Counted from the stretch's first letter, positions 1 through 13,281 are shown. The stretch: 64,000 nt of DNA from Vicugna vicugna (GCA_013265495.1 MU058000.1:2790001-2854000); one strand, 5' to 3'. The notes: generated by a model from the letters alone, not told the origin. A program made the numbers and translations.

Positions 1-2032
1 GCACACCCATGTGCCCCACGAGAGTGCTCTTTCGAATTATTTAATTACAATAAAAGACATATCAAGGAAACCATGTATTTTCATTTCCTTTAGAAATTTC
101 TTAATCCATGAAATTTTTCTTATGATTGATATGAGTCGCTCTAATTTATTCTTGGGATATCTTTTTTTCCCTCCTAGAATACTTAGTTTCCCATTAAATC
201 TGTACGGCCATGACAGGTTTTACATAATGACACTATGTGTCTTTCTGTGCATATGTATATGTACATATATGTACATGTGTATGCATATATATTTATACAC
301 ATACACAAACACATAGAGCATCACACCCTTTAAATAACAAGTAGAAAAGTTAGACTTCAGTGTTACAATAGGTTATGTACCACAGCATTAAATTTTTAGG
401 TTTTTTGTTTTCTGTTTGCTGATTCCTAATAGAGAAGTTTTTTGGTGATTTCAGAAAGAGAATTGCTTAGAATTTTTTGCTTTCTTCTTTGTACTATTCG
501 ATATTATTTTACTTTAATTTACTCATTCATTTATTAGATTACATATCAGACATTATATTGAAAAATTCTTTGATAATTGGTTTCTCCTGTAGTTTATCCA
601 AGACACTTTGAAATCTGACACTAAGGACCACACGGGGATCACCTAAAAACAGTAACTATCTCCTCAGTTCCCGTTCCTAATGTAATGCTGAAGTTGGGAG
701 TGAATTCACAATTTCTGGCTCTGTTTTAATTCATGCTGAGCTCATCCCTTCCTGTCGGGAAGATTTTTTCATATCACTTGACTTGGTTTTCCCGTGTTCA
801 CTTCCAAGAGCCACGTACTGTCCTAGTAAAAGCTCCTCCCTCACCGGCAAACCCTACCTTCATGAAAGCATCTCTCTGACATTCATCTCTCAGTACCATT
901 CCTCTCAAAGTGACTAGAGAGAGAGAACAATTTTCTCAATTGCCACCTTGTCCCAACACATCATTTCAGGGAACATTTCCACTTTCCTAACTCACACATC
1001 TTCGAGCATAGATCATGTGCATTGTACTGATTTATGGTCAGGTGAATTTAATCAGTGTGCACTCTGCAACTATCTCAACTTGCAGTATATAAACTTTGAT
1101 AGACACTGCCAACATGGATTAAACTCCCAGAATGCAGGAAAGCAGAGATTCTTAACACTTTCTATCTGTTTTGATATAATTCCTAGCATACTTCCATGGT
1201 CAGAGCAGTCCTTGATAAATGCTTCGAGATAGTCCTGAGCTCAGTAATCTCAGTTCAGATAACCAGAGTCATAGAGTGATGGAGGTGGATGTCTCTTTAG
1301 AAATCAGACCTCAGCTCTTTCACTTTTCAGAAAAGAAATGAAGGATCTGAAACCTTAATTTGCTTAAAAAAAGAAAAACTTTTGGAAACAATCTGCCGGC
1401 AGAGGCAGGACTAGGGCAGAAATATTTTCATTTCCATCTGAAGCTCACCTCCCCCATCAATAAAGTTTGCTGTCTTTTCATTTTCTAGAGCCCTACTTAA
1501 TTTTGAATATACCCAACAAAGGAGAAAATGAGGAAATTTGTCTCTTGCGTTTGCTAGATTTATAACAGGAAACTCTAGATGCTGTGAATTTGTAAGGTGG
1601 ATAAAACTAGGGTACGCAACTCCGTACATGTTCACTGAATGAACTGCAGTGAAAGGATGTTTATTTCATGAAACTCCTGAATTTACTTTCTTACATGAAC
1701 CACTCCCTCCGTAGTGTGTGCTCCAAATAGCCAGTGGACCAGTGGTACTTTCACGTTTCTGCTTCTCAGAGGACAGAGCGCAGGAGAGTGAGGTAAAATT
1801 TAAACGTCTTCATAAATAAGATAGAGCAACACTGATCACGGCAAATGTCGCAGAGGTAAAGGATGTGTCTTCTGGACCTACTGGACCTACCAATGTTTGG
1901 ATCCAGATTGGTTTTTTTTTTTTTTTTTGGAGTTTCCCAGTATAGTTACTTTGAATTCTCTAAAAATTTACAAATTTTACTAGTTTTAATATATTCTCTT
2001 TTGGATGAGGGAAATACTTTTTTTTAAACTGC

Positions 2033-2275
2033 TTTTTTTTTTTTTTAAATTGAAGCATAGTCAGTTGCAATACGTCAATTTCTGGTGTATAGCAAAATGT
2101 CCCAGTCATACATATATATACATATATTCATTTTCATATTCTTTTTCATTAAAGGTTATTGCAAGATATTGAATATGGTCCCCTAAGCTATACAAAAGAT
2201 ATTTGTTTTCTTATCTATTTTTATATTTAGTAGTTAACATTTGCAAATCTCAAGCTCCCACATTTATCCCTTCCC
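2033..2275 (-). mobile_element. 5'-truncated lineage-specific L1 (LINE-1) 3' end
   Basis: A T-run is followed by aattgaagcatagtcagttgcaat...aatttctggtgtatagc...cccagtcatacatatatatac. This is the reverse complement of the L1 3' UTR end (…tatacttcaatt-polyA) shared with other copies in the window. Confidence 0.85.
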
Positions 2276-2469
2276 GGGTCTTCTGTCACCTCCGTCTTCT
2301 ACTCTTTTATCTCCTTATTCATGGCTGCATCCCAGTTCCTCTCACTCCACCTCCTTCCTAATCTACTCCCCATCCCAGCTGTTCCTCCTGAGAAACTCTA
2401 ACCCTTTCTCTTCCCCATCCTCCTTGTTTTTGTCTCGCAAAACCTCGTCACTTGGCTGATGGACGAGTA

Positions 2470-2562
2470 TCTTTAGATTGTAAACTCCCTGCAGGCAGGG
2501 ATTCAGACACTCCTATTTTTTGGTGCCACTGCAGAGCCTGGCCCCCAATGGATGCTTAATAA
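2470..2562 (+). mobile_element. L2 LINE 3'-end fragment
   Basis: ttagattgtaaactccctgcaggcaggga...gagcctggc...tgcttaataa resembles the L2 3' terminus consensus. Confidence 0.55.
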
Positions 2563-4560
2563 CTTTTTTTTAGATCTATAAATAGTTAACATGCCATGAA
2601 AATTAAGATATGTTGGTGTTTAGGAATAATCCAGGAGGGACATGCTAATGGCTCCACCCCAAAGCATTCATCTCCTATAAAAGGAATTTTGTGGGTTTTG
2701 TACCCTGCTGAAGTTTAAAACACTTTTGGAATGTTGAGTGATTCGACCGTAATTTTTCCAGTTGCACTGCTTGGGGGTCTCCCACTGCCCTCATATATAC
2801 CTGATTCCACTAATAAGGAGCCAGAAATAATATTACTAGTCAGGATTCTCTAGGTCGGTGCTACACATGGTCCATTTCTCAGCGTCATAATTGACATCTT
2901 CGTTTTGCCTCATTTTTTTAACGAGGAGCATATAAATAACTCCAGAATCTTTGGCCAGGAGGGAAAGGACCACAGAGATCATTTACTCCCAGAGATTCCT
3001 ACCTGGCCTCTGTAAACCATAAGGCCTGGAAAACTTCATCGTATTTCAAAAGCCCTGATGGTGATATAAGCCAAAAAAACGCTTTACTTTCTCCTGAAAA
3101 TTTTAGAGCTTCATGTGGTGATGCTTCTTATACTGGTACTTTTGTGCTCAACAGTTTCGACTGGTAACCATATTTTTTTTAATTAAAATAAAACCAAAAT
3201 ATATACTGTATAACTCAATAAATAAAGGAATGAGTATAAGAATAAAAATTCTCATTTTGATATCTATTGGGCGGGAGGTGAGGGTAATAAATGGAGCTGT
3301 TAGTAGTGGGAACTTTTGGAAAACAGATTTAGTTCAGACACTCAGTTTATTGATGAGAACAGGGTATTCGGAGTGATTAAATGACTGGCCTCCTGTGTCA
3401 GGGCAGCAAACAGCAGCTCTAGGATCTCCTCCAGGCCAACATTTTGTTTCACTCACACATCTCCCCTGACATGTTCGAGAAACCCAGCGTGAGCTATTCC
3501 TTCTGCACACTCAACCCTGATGTTCTCTCTGCTCTAAAATCTTTCCTAGGTTTTCTGCAGTTGTCACATATGAGGAAGCCACACTTGTTTGCACCCGGAG
3601 GGTTTGAAAACAGATCTGCAAATCCCTCCAAGGCGTGTTCTTTGCTGCTGTGTGATCCACTGATGACGTATTACTTCGATCCTCTGAGGATCCCACAGGG
3701 ACAGATGGCTTAGAACATCTTGGGCTCTACAGCGTGCCCTAGACCAGATAAAACATTAGAGGGTAAACCTTAGCAAACAGTCTCCCTGCAGGATTACACT
3801 CTGCTTTTTCCACTAGCAGGGAAGAGGAGATTTTTAGATATAAATGCACATTAAGAATTGAACAGGAACAAATCAGGTTTAGTAATCTAAGAAAACCCAG
3901 CCGGCAGCAGCTTCACAGAGGGACACACTGGCTGTCGCAGGCTCAGGGACCTGTACACATGTAATGCATGATTTTCAGGTACAAGGTCATGACAAAAGTT
4001 ATTCTACAACACGCTGAAACTGTAAAGATCACTCAACTTTATACTTGGTAGATTTTACTTCCAGTGATAACTGAAAATGTATTTCTCAATGGATCAAAAA
4101 AGATCTCAGAAGGAGTATTACAGTTTATCACCCAAATATTCAGCTCTTGCATTTCTTCCTCTCTGAACTTTCCTAGCAACCACTGCCATTATGAAAACCT
4201 CATTATTTATATTGTTATCATACGCCCAAGAAATACTGGTTGAAGTTACACCGTCAGAGGCAAGGAGCTGAACAAGACCCTGCTCCCACTAAATTAGAAA
4301 TTCTTTTTGGTCATTGGCTGGATGTCTAGCCCCTGAGCGTAGTGTTTGGCCTGGGGCAGGAGCTCAGTGAAGTTATTTAACTGAATTGTTTTCTCTAATT
4401 TAAGGGCAATTTTATGTAGTAGAAAAGTTGCTGGAATTAAAACGAATGATTTGTTGAGGGGAGTCTCTAGACTTACACCGCCACCCAGCTAAATGCAACT
4501 CTATAGTGAGATTATCTTTCTATGGTCGTCAGTCCCTAGAGCGATCGAAACTAAACTTGC

Positions 4561-5020
4561 TTTATGGGTAGAATTGTTTTTCCTTGAAATTCACATGGTG
4601 AAGTCCTAATCCGAGTACCTCAGAATGTGACTTTATTTGGAAGTAGAGTTATTCAGGACATAATTAGTTAAGATGAGATCATTAGGATGGGCCCCACTCC
4701 AGCACGACTTGGGAGCTCATAAAAAGAGGACATTTGGAGGCAGGCATGTACACAGGAAGAATGCCTCGTGAAGCTGAAGACAGAGATCAGGGTGCGGCTT
4801 CTCCAAGCCATAAAACACCAGAAATCACCAGCAGACCACCAGAAGCTAGGGGGTGGGGGGACACTTGAAACAGACTTTCCTTCACAGCTCTCACAGGCAC
4901 CAGTCCCACCGATGTCTTAATCTTGAGCTTCTGGTCTTCAGATCTGTGAGAGAATACATTTCTGTTGTAAGCTACCTAGTTTTGGGTACTTTGTTATAGC
5001 AATCTTAGAAAATTAATACA
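4561..5020 (+). mobile_element. MaLR solo LTR, MLT1B-like
   Basis: Typical MLT1 motifs are present: gaagtcctaatcc..agtacctcagaatgtgactttatttggaa, ccaccagaagctagg and ctgtgagagaatacatttctgttgtaagc...ttgttatagca...taataca. The flanks cttgc/cttgt look like a 5 bp TSD. Confidence 0.85.
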
Positions 5021-5782
5021 CTTGTTGATGCAGGTCCTGTGTTCAAAATATAATTATGCAGTTGGCATTTCTCTACATATCTTAAGACTAAGTGAGATTC
5101 TCATGTCTGCATTATATCAATGCCTATGGGAAGCCCAGCCACTGGATGCTTCAACTTCCTTAATATAAGTCAGTATTTCATTGATTCCATTCATTGGTTC
5201 CATTGATTAGATCCATGGCTTAGTCTCCTAAGATGACATAACTTTCAGGTCGAGATACTGCCTTTTCGTATGCCTAGATATGCTGATGTAAGTGTGGTCC
5301 CTCCTAACTGCACAAGGAAAAGCCTGTTCTCCTGGGAACCCGCTGAATTTAGAACCATCCTATCAATCATTTTCTGCCCTCTGCTTTCACCGAATCCTGT
5401 GTGGAATAGCAGAGTTGTAACTCTCAATTTTTAATTTAGCAAGACATCCTCCTTCTCCTTTCATATCCATTCTAGAGAGAGTACAAAAAACACGATAGCT
5501 TTCTTGGGTTTTTCTCCTTACTTACTTTGTAAAGAAATGCTCATCCAGCCTCACTTTTCAAACTAGAAACTCAGTACTTGACCTCAACCAGATAAATACA
5601 CCAAGACGTCAGTGTTCTACCAATTTTTGTCACAAATGAATATGATTTGTATAAGTCACTTGAATGAATTCTAAGGGTCTCAGTTTCTCCAGCAGTAAAA
5701 TAGATGTAGGAAGATTGGATCAGAATACGTCCAAGTCACTTCCAACTCAAACTCTTTAAAATGTCGACATGAGCAATTTATT

Positions 5783-6200
5783 TCTTCATTCGTTTGACAA
5801 ATGAATACCGGCCACCTTCTATGTGACCAGCGTGTTTCTAGGACCCTGCTCTCATGGAGTTTGCATTCCAGTGGAGAAGACCGACAATAAACATAAACAC
5901 AAATTCATCCACATGAGATTATAGACAAAAATAAATTGCATGTTTATATTTATATCATAATATATAAACTAATCCGGAACAGAGTGCGGGGATGGTGAAG
6001 GGAGTGGGTGACTGCGTCCACTTGGGAGAAGAGCCTCTGGGTAGGTAGGTGGTTTTGAAGCTCAGTCTGAATGACAACACGGAGCCAGTGTGGGGTGAGT
6101 CCAGGCTGAGGGGCCAGTGAGTGTAAAGGCCTGAAGTCAGGAAGGAGCTTACTTGTTATAGGAACCTAAAAACAGTCCATGTCGCTAACAACCAAGAAGG
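5783..6200 (-). mobile_element. L2 LINE 3' region
   Basis: ttcattcgtttgacaaat...ctatgtgaccagc...ccctgctctcatggagtttgcattccagtgg is the antisense L2 3' end pattern. Confidence 0.7.
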
Positions 6201-7819
6201 ACACGTGTTGAGCTGGGCTGGAGACTTAGGAGTGGCTGAATAACCCGAGGCTCTGCTGGTTTTGCAAGGGTTTGAGTTCTGCTTCCAAGTCCAACGGCAG
6301 GCTCTCCGGGGATTTTAAATTGGAGGATTGTATGATCTTGTTTATTTCAGTGATTGTGATCAGTTTCTCCTTCATCAAAGCCAGAAATTCCCAGACAGAC
6401 AGTACAGGCGTTCTTCTCTTTTTCTTTTTGTTGCTTTGGGTTCTTTCTTTCTCTTTTGTGTTCTTTCCTTTGTTTTGCCTTCTTTTATTTTCTACATTAT
6501 TGATTTTGAAACCTATTTCTCTTCCTCTTCTCCTTTTTTTTTTTTTTTTGCCTTCACCTTCACCAAACAGCACCTGAGATATATTATGACGAGATTATTT
6601 TAACTGAGCAGAAGAAAGCTGCAGACCCCACTAGGGGTCACTTCTGACTCACTGATGAGTCCTTAATCCTGCAATTTTGCCTTAAGTTTATAGCCAACCC
6701 GGGAGACACTTTTTTCCTCCTGCATCCAACCCAGGAGACACTTTTTCCACATTTATGATCCCCTCACCCCTCAAGGATCCAAGTCAAAGGCATTGTGGTC
6801 CACATCCTCCCTGGACCCAAGCCACCCCAGGAGTCAGGCAGGCTGTCCAAACAGGCCCGCCCCAGGTGCTCCCCTGTGTTCAGGGTAGATTGGCGCCCTT
6901 GATCTGGGGACTTGGCTCACTGACAAGAGTGGCATCATTCCTTGAAGTGGAATGTCACCGGAAAGGCTGTGAATGTGCAAGCAATGCCTGGGCTGTCTGT
7001 CTGCCTCTTGCCAGCAGGCCGCCTGAGGGTCCAGCAGCCAGGCTTCCTGGAGCTTCCTTCAATTGTCTTCACACATAGAGTTCATTCCCCACTTAAAGAC
7101 ACACAGACCTGCCCTCAGCCTTCTGCTGAAAGTGAATCTTCCTTTGATTTATGTCCAACTTGGTTGCTTTTGAAATGACAGTTTTATTAATTGGAGGAAT
7201 TGTATTATTTTATGAGGCTGGTTGAGGCATCAAGGATGAGCGGGCCCCTTCGGTATGCTTCCTCTCATACATCTGCATATATTAAAAACACCTGTGAGCA
7301 CTGTCTCCATGCACACATCCATCTGTCATATCTGAAGTGAAGTGGTGAGGCTAACCTCTGGGTGCATTTCACTCACACATTGACTGCAGATTCCTTGGGA
7401 AAGTCAAGAAAGTAGCAAGTTTTCATCTGCTAGATGCATGAATGAATGGAACTTGGTAATCTGTAGACTCTTCCATATTTCTTTTTCCTGGCACCCAAGT
7501 TGCTTTTCTAAAATTAAATACATATTTTTAAGAAAGCCTTGGCCATATTATCATTGTTTTAGTTGCCTGGCACAAATAGATGCATTTGTCTAACTAAATA
7601 TGTTATCTTTGTTCACTTCACGTTGTTTCATAGTCTACCATGCTCTTTCACTGTTACTTTACCTGTGTTTTATATTTACTATTTATCTCAATGTATGAAT
7701 AAGAATGCTGAGTCTCACTAAGGCTAAAGACTTTCCCAAAATCTACATGTCACATGTAACAGATCAGGACTAGGCTCAAGATCTCCTGAATTTAGTTCAA
7801 GATAGTGTCCTTTATACTA

Positions 7820-8152
7820 CAACCCGGTCAGCAAGTTTTTCCTGTGGATGACCACAGAGTAAATGTTTCAGGCTTTGTGAGTCACATGTTCTTTGTCAAA
7901 ATTACTCAGCTTTGCTGTTACAGCACAAACACAGCCACAGACCATACATAAAAGAGCACTGCTTTGTTCTAAGAAAATTTTAGTTTTGGACACTGAAATC
8001 TGACTGCCTTATAATTTTTATGTGCCATGAAACATTATTTTTCTTTTCTTTTTTAATTCCTTTAAATATCTAAAAAATATTCTTAGTTCACTGGCCCTAA
8101 CAAAACATGTGGCAAGTGGGCTTTGGCTGATGGGCTGTCGTTTGTGGAAACT
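7820..8152. mobile_element. hAT-Charlie non-autonomous DNA transposon, MER58B-like
   Basis: ggtcagcaagtttttcctgt...gtaaatgtttcaggctttgtgagtcaca...actcagctttgctgttacagcac...cagccacagac...ggacactgaaat...ttggctgatgggctgtcgtttg follows the MER58 layout. Confidence 0.75.
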
Positions 8153-9091
8153 TTTCTGAATGGAATTATGATTCAGATAGCTGAGACCTGAGTTCATTTT
8201 AGCCCCTCACGGAATGAGCAGTGTAAGGTCTCCAGAGCAATTCGTATCATTATAAGTTGTCAGCTACGTACTAGGGGCAGGTCTTCATGGATTCATTCCA
8301 ATAAAATCTTTCTTAAGGGAAAATAAAATGAAAATATTAATTGAATAGATACAACTTAATAAGAGCATTTGAATCATATTTTAAAAAAAATATATAAAAG
8401 GAATATGACTTGCTTTCCCACTGGAGTATTATTCATAGACTCTATGAACTTCAAAAGAATTCTCAAACGAAGTCAAAGGAAAATTTGAAAATCCATTATG
8501 TCCCAGTTCAGTTTAATCTATAATAAAGCAATGAATTGGGTCTTGTAGGCACAGATAAGGCTACCTAGACCATCCAGGAAAGTAAATATTTTCCTTATCT
8601 GATTATTTCAGCTAGAAAGTGTTTACCGATAGTTGTTCAAGATAAAGCAATGTATGATCTGTGTGGGTGCAGATGCTGGAGCTACAGGAAATAAATGCAA
8701 AATTATCAACAAATTCTATCAAATAAGTGCTTATCATGCTTGTTAACAACTATGTAGAAGGTGAAGAATAGACAGATTCCTCCTGGATTAGCGCCTGGCC
8801 AATGCTAGAGGACAAAAATCTCTCATCTCCAACTCTGGTCCCTAAATAAAGTTGTAGCCATAGGGCTTCAGTCAAATTAAATTGAAAATCAAGAAAATGA
8901 AAAATGCTCCATGGACATTTCATCTTCTTCCTTTTGGAGATAAATTTGGAGCTTAGGTTCTGCATTCTACTTGTATTTAGCACAGAATGAAAATGCTTAA
9001 ATATTAAAATAAACTATGACAATATATATTCTCCTCTTGGTTAAGAGCAACTCCATTTGGAGACTGATTGTAGGATTAAGAACAGATGGGG

Positions 9092-9472
9092 GAATTTGGG
9101 ATTTGCAGACACTAACTACTACGTATAAAATAGATAAACAAGGTCCCACTGTACAGCACAGGGAACTGTATCCAGTATCTTTTAATAGCCTATAATGAAA
9201 AAGTATATGCAAAGGAGTATGTGTATATATATATGTATAACTGAATCACTATACTGTACACCAGAAATTAATAGAACATTGTAAACTGATGATACTTCAA
9301 TTAAAGTTAAATTAAATTAAATTAAGTTTAAAAATTTTAGCATTTTGTGCTTGAAATATAACACCCCAGTACATATTTTTATTATTGTTGTAAAAATCTA
9401 TTTGTTTTCGACAAAATCAAGTTAAAGAAGCTCTATTCAACCAAATCACGACTCCAAAAAATAAAAATAAAA
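9092..9472 (+). mobile_element. 5'-truncated L1 3' end plus putative 3'-transduced sequence, inside a 14 bp TSD
   Basis: The L1 3' UTR spans 9092-9302, a (TTAAA)n tail runs to ~9334, unique sequence fills 9335-9455 and a second A-tail spans 9456-9472. The TSD aagaacagatgggg lies at 9078-9091 and 9473-9486. Confidence 0.85.
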
Positions 9473-10470
9473 AAGAACAGATGGGGCTGGATATTGAGGG
9501 ATGAGGAGGTGAAGGATGAGGGAAAGCACTGGCTCTTTGTGATGGCTAGTCTCTGAGTCTCTCTGTATTTAAAGGAAACTGGAATGCTTCAGCTTCTCCT
9601 CCTCATCCTTCTGAATTCCTGCCCACCCTCAAGTCCTGCCTCGATTCCTGATTGCCCTATGAGATTTTCCTAATTATACATGCGCATGAATCTATTGATT
9701 CCCAAATAATATACCATGTATTTAAAGACCATAAAGATCAATGTATTCGAGTATTTTCTCTCAAAGCAATGTGAACCACTGAAGGACCAGGCTTATGGCA
9801 AACCCTCAGAGTGCACCCCTATGGTGCTCCCACATCAGTCTTGGGTTGACTGATTCTTTCCTTTTCAAATCCTGAAGGAAGGAAACACCCTACCTGCCAC
9901 ACTATTAGTGGACAGTAATCTTCCCTGACCTCACAAGCCATCCTCCCAGAGGTGACCTATGAGGTTGGGTTATCAGTCTTAGATTTGCCATCACAGAACT
10001 GAAAACGTTATCTGCACCACGTACTACTGATAAGCAGAAGGGACATGTGCCCACTACTTTGAGTGAGGAAATATATGGTGATTTGGAGGGAAAATGTCCA
10101 ACTTTGACTCTCAGTGCAGCAGCATGTTTTTTATTCCTTTCTCAGTCTGCAGATACTTTCTTCGGCTCCAACGTGACTGGTGAAAACCAGTGCCATCCAA
10201 GTCAGAAGACACTGACACTCAGAGTCTGGCTTGATTTTTAAGATCAACTCAATGGCAGTTCAGAACAGATCAGTAAATCAACACCATCCAACCTACTCAG
10301 CTCTTACTCCTAGATGTGGCGCTGTTCTCTTTTATCTCATAAGTTAAAAGAATGTTATAATCATCACTACCTACCCGGGGTTGGATGTCTCATGCCTCCT
10401 AAATTAGAATCCACTTTACTCAAGCAAGAAAGTCCATCGAGAAACTGAGAACTAAGATCTGTATATATAT

Positions 10471-10620
10471 AATAATAATAAGAGTAGGTAACATTTATTG
10501 ACTGCTGACTTTGTGCCAGATGTTATGCTAAGCAATTTATTTCTCACAACATCTCTGAAAGGGAGACGCTATTATGATGCTGTCTTTTGTAATGAGTAAC
10601 CTGAGACTCAGAGAGTCTGC
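10471..10620 (-). mobile_element. MIR SINE
   Basis: aataataata...taacatttattga...tgtgccaga...ttgtaatgagtaacctgagactcagagag is the antisense MIR core. Confidence 0.7.
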
Positions 10621-11179
10621 CCGGCTTCATGGTCCTGTATCCTTAACCACAACTTTCCATACCACGCCACTACTTCTGCTTTGCATCTCATTCCAACTTC
10701 CTGTTCTAGTCTTAGAAACAGAAATGGAGATAGGCATGCAGGTGCAGATGACTTTTGCTTGTTTCGTACTGAAAGATAGAGAACATTAGTAGGAGTGTTG
10801 TGAAGTGAGCTTGGAAGGTGAAGATGACCAATAAAGTCCCAGCGTGTTCTCAGAACAATGACTAATAATACCCTTGTACTCTCCAGCACGACCCACTTTG
10901 GAAAAGAAATAAAATAGTCATCTTATTTATATAGCACTCAAGAAACTGGTTATTTTAATGGCAGCTCATTTCCATTGGACGACTGTAACTCACATGCTCT
11001 GATTTATTCTAACTGCAAAACACAGACCTGAAGACTAAAGTTGAAAGTTATAAAATGTCATTTTTATCTCCATAAAGGAAGATATTTTCTAATTTTTCTA
11101 ATACCTCCCTATGTTATTCCTGTAAATGTTTGCCACTCCTTGAGTTTTATCTTTGCCAAATGAAATATTCTCAGTGTCT

Positions 11180-11800
11180 TCAGTCTTTCTTCCATACGAT
11201 GTGGTTTCCAGCACCTAGATGATCCTGGTAATTTTCTTTGGAAAAAGCCACAGGTTTTCAGTGTCACTCTTAAAATGTTGTGGCAGTGTCTTAAGTCCAG
11301 GTGTTTTCTGTTCAGTTCAGACTCCATTCAACTGTACTGTTGGCACCCTTTAACTAGGTTCTACCCATGCATTAATTAAACGCATCAGTGCACTTAGCAA
11401 CGCATAATTGTGTTGGCTGCATGGTGTTTGTAGTCAGCTAAATTCCTGGATCATTTTTAGAAGAAATGTTGTGCTAGTCACCTCTGCTTTCTTCTTGTGC
11501 GTCCTCAACAAGTCCTCAACAAAACTGCTCCCTTCATAGAAAGGGTGACTAGTTTTAATAGCCATTTATCGATACTAACCCGTGCTCATCAAAGCCATTA
11601 ACTGACATTTTGAAGAGAACAGAGTCAATTGCTAGAGTCTCTCTCCAGTTTATCATCGATCTGCTAATCATCATGTCTTGTAAACAGCTGGTCAATCGCT
11701 TATTAATACTATCATCTACATTTTGACATGATGGACTTGTAAACATGGACATCATCATTCAAATGCAGGGTCGTGTAAAGACAGAATTTATCTATGGCAT
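11180..11800 (-). mobile_element. CR1/L3 LINE remnant (reverse-transcriptase region)
   Basis: The DNA resembles antisense L3 (tggtttccagcacc..gatcctggt...gtcactcttaaaatgt). The minus ORF 11555-11758 contains ...WRE...SVLFKMSVNGFDE, a decayed form of the CR1 RT motif PVLFNIFINDLDE. Confidence 0.6.
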
Positions 11801-11834
11801 GCATCTTATTTGCCATCAGTTATGGAAAAGGTAA

Positions 11835-12045
11835 CATATGACTTTGAAGCAGACAGACTTGAGCTCTAATCCAAATGTATCTGCATAATAAATGTGTGAC
11901 TTTGAACAGTTCATTCAATCCAAATCTCATGAGTCTCTTCTTTAAGAATGTAGATGTAAGTATATATGAGGTAGCACCTAGAAAACCTCCCGCACAATGC
12001 CTGAGTCACGTTTGGCAATAAGTAGTTGGTAATTATTATTACTGT
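11835..12045 (+). mobile_element. MIR SINE
   Basis: gactttgaagcagacagacttgagctctaatcc...tgtgtgactttgaaca...cacaatgcctga...attattatt follows the MIR consensus. Confidence 0.65.
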
Positions 12046-12380
12046 CATTGTAATTAGCATTATTATTACTTTGGGAGCCAAAAGCAACCATAGGATTAAG
12101 CTCTTTAAAATCCTTTATTTCATGGCACAAACAACTTCATTCAAGAGAGGTGAAGACATTTACCTAAGGACTCAGATTGTGAGGATTTTTTGTGAGTGCT
12201 TATCAAGAGAAAACAAAAACTCTAGTCACTGCCTCCACTTTCTCACCACGCACTTAGTTCTCCATGGTCTGAAATACGAATGTCATCTTGAGGACTCTTC
12301 TAAAATTTTTCTTTTAAAATATTTCTCCAAACTTAGAAGGAGGAGACCCTAAACTTCTTCTATGCCTTTTTGCAATTTGA

Positions 12381-12590
12381 TTTTTTTTTAATTTTTAGTC
12401 TTTTTATTTGACATATAGTCAGTTTATAATGTTGTGTCCATTTCTGGTGCATATACATACACATACATATATTCCTTTTCATATTCTTTTTCATTATAGG
12501 TTATTGCAAGATCCTGAATATAGTTCCCTGTGCCGTACAGAAGAAACATGTTGTATATCTGTTTTGTATATAGTAGTTAGTATCTGCATG
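12381..12590 (-). mobile_element. 5'-truncated lineage-specific L1 3' end
   Basis: A T-rich tail is followed by atatagtcagtttataatgttgtgtccatttctggtg...ttttcatattctttttcattataggttattgcaag...tagttccctgtgc. Confidence 0.8.
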
Positions 12591-12599
12591 ATTTCTTAA

Positions 12600-12840
12600 C
12601 CTCATTTGGCACTGCTGAGACCTCTCCACTTCTGAAACCTGTCTTCTTTTGACGTCGGTGACGGCAGTCTCTCTTAGCTCACCGTTTTCATCCTCCTCTG
12701 CCTTAATTTCCTTCATGGCCTTTGCTTCCTGACTCTCTTCTTGACCATCACTCTCATCACAAGTTATCTCATTTATTTCCACGGCCCCAGCAACAGCCTT
12801 TATGCTAGTCATCATAAGTTCGTCTCTGTAACTCTGATTT
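12600..12840 (+). mobile_element. L2 ORF2 remnant
   Basis: catttggcactgctgagacctctccacttctgaaacc...gtgacggcagtctctctt resembles the L2 RT-region consensus. Confidence 0.5.
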
Positions 12841-12842
12841 CT

Positions 12843-13202
12843 TGTTGTAAAGATATGTTTTGTTTCCTGAGAATCCATGTGCTTTTGTGATATTCCCCAC
12901 CCCTCTTCAGCTAGCGAGGGCCATATAACTATTTCTGGCCCACTGGTCTGTGAGGTGAAGTGACACATTTCGCCTCTGCACCAAACCATAATCAAGAAAT
13001 TACAGATAACCATATTCTCTCTTTCCCTGACAAGGGAATGTGAGCAATTCTAAATGGTGAAACTATATAATAATGGATTTTATCAATCTAAGTCTTTGAG
13101 CCACTGTACAGAGAAGATTCACTTGGTTGGTTATGCGATGTGATTGAGGAAGAAACGTTTACCGTGTTACATCACCAAGACTTGAGGCTTAAGAGTTACT
13201 TT

Positions 13203-13242
<40 letters not shown>

Positions 13243-13281
13243 TCATGGTTAGCAGAACTGTGCCTATCTTCATTAAAATAC
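12843..13281 (+). mobile_element. Old MaLR LTR (MLT1 family), interrupted by a (TTTC)n repeat
   Basis: cagctag..ggccatataacta.ttctggccca.tg....tgaggtgaagtga and gaggaagaaacgtttaccgtgtt...aagacttgagg are MLT1-type motifs. Confidence 0.55.
13201..13244. repeat. (TTTC)11 microsatellite
   Basis: A perfect tetranucleotide repeat seen directly. Confidence 0.95.

Noticed and set aside
6226..6603. Overlapping K/R-rich and F/L-rich ORFs
   Set aside because: They are produced by a T/C-rich low-complexity tract.
12501..13013. 170 aa minus ORF
   Set aside because: It runs across three unrelated repeats (L1 end, L2, MLT1) and is not a gene.
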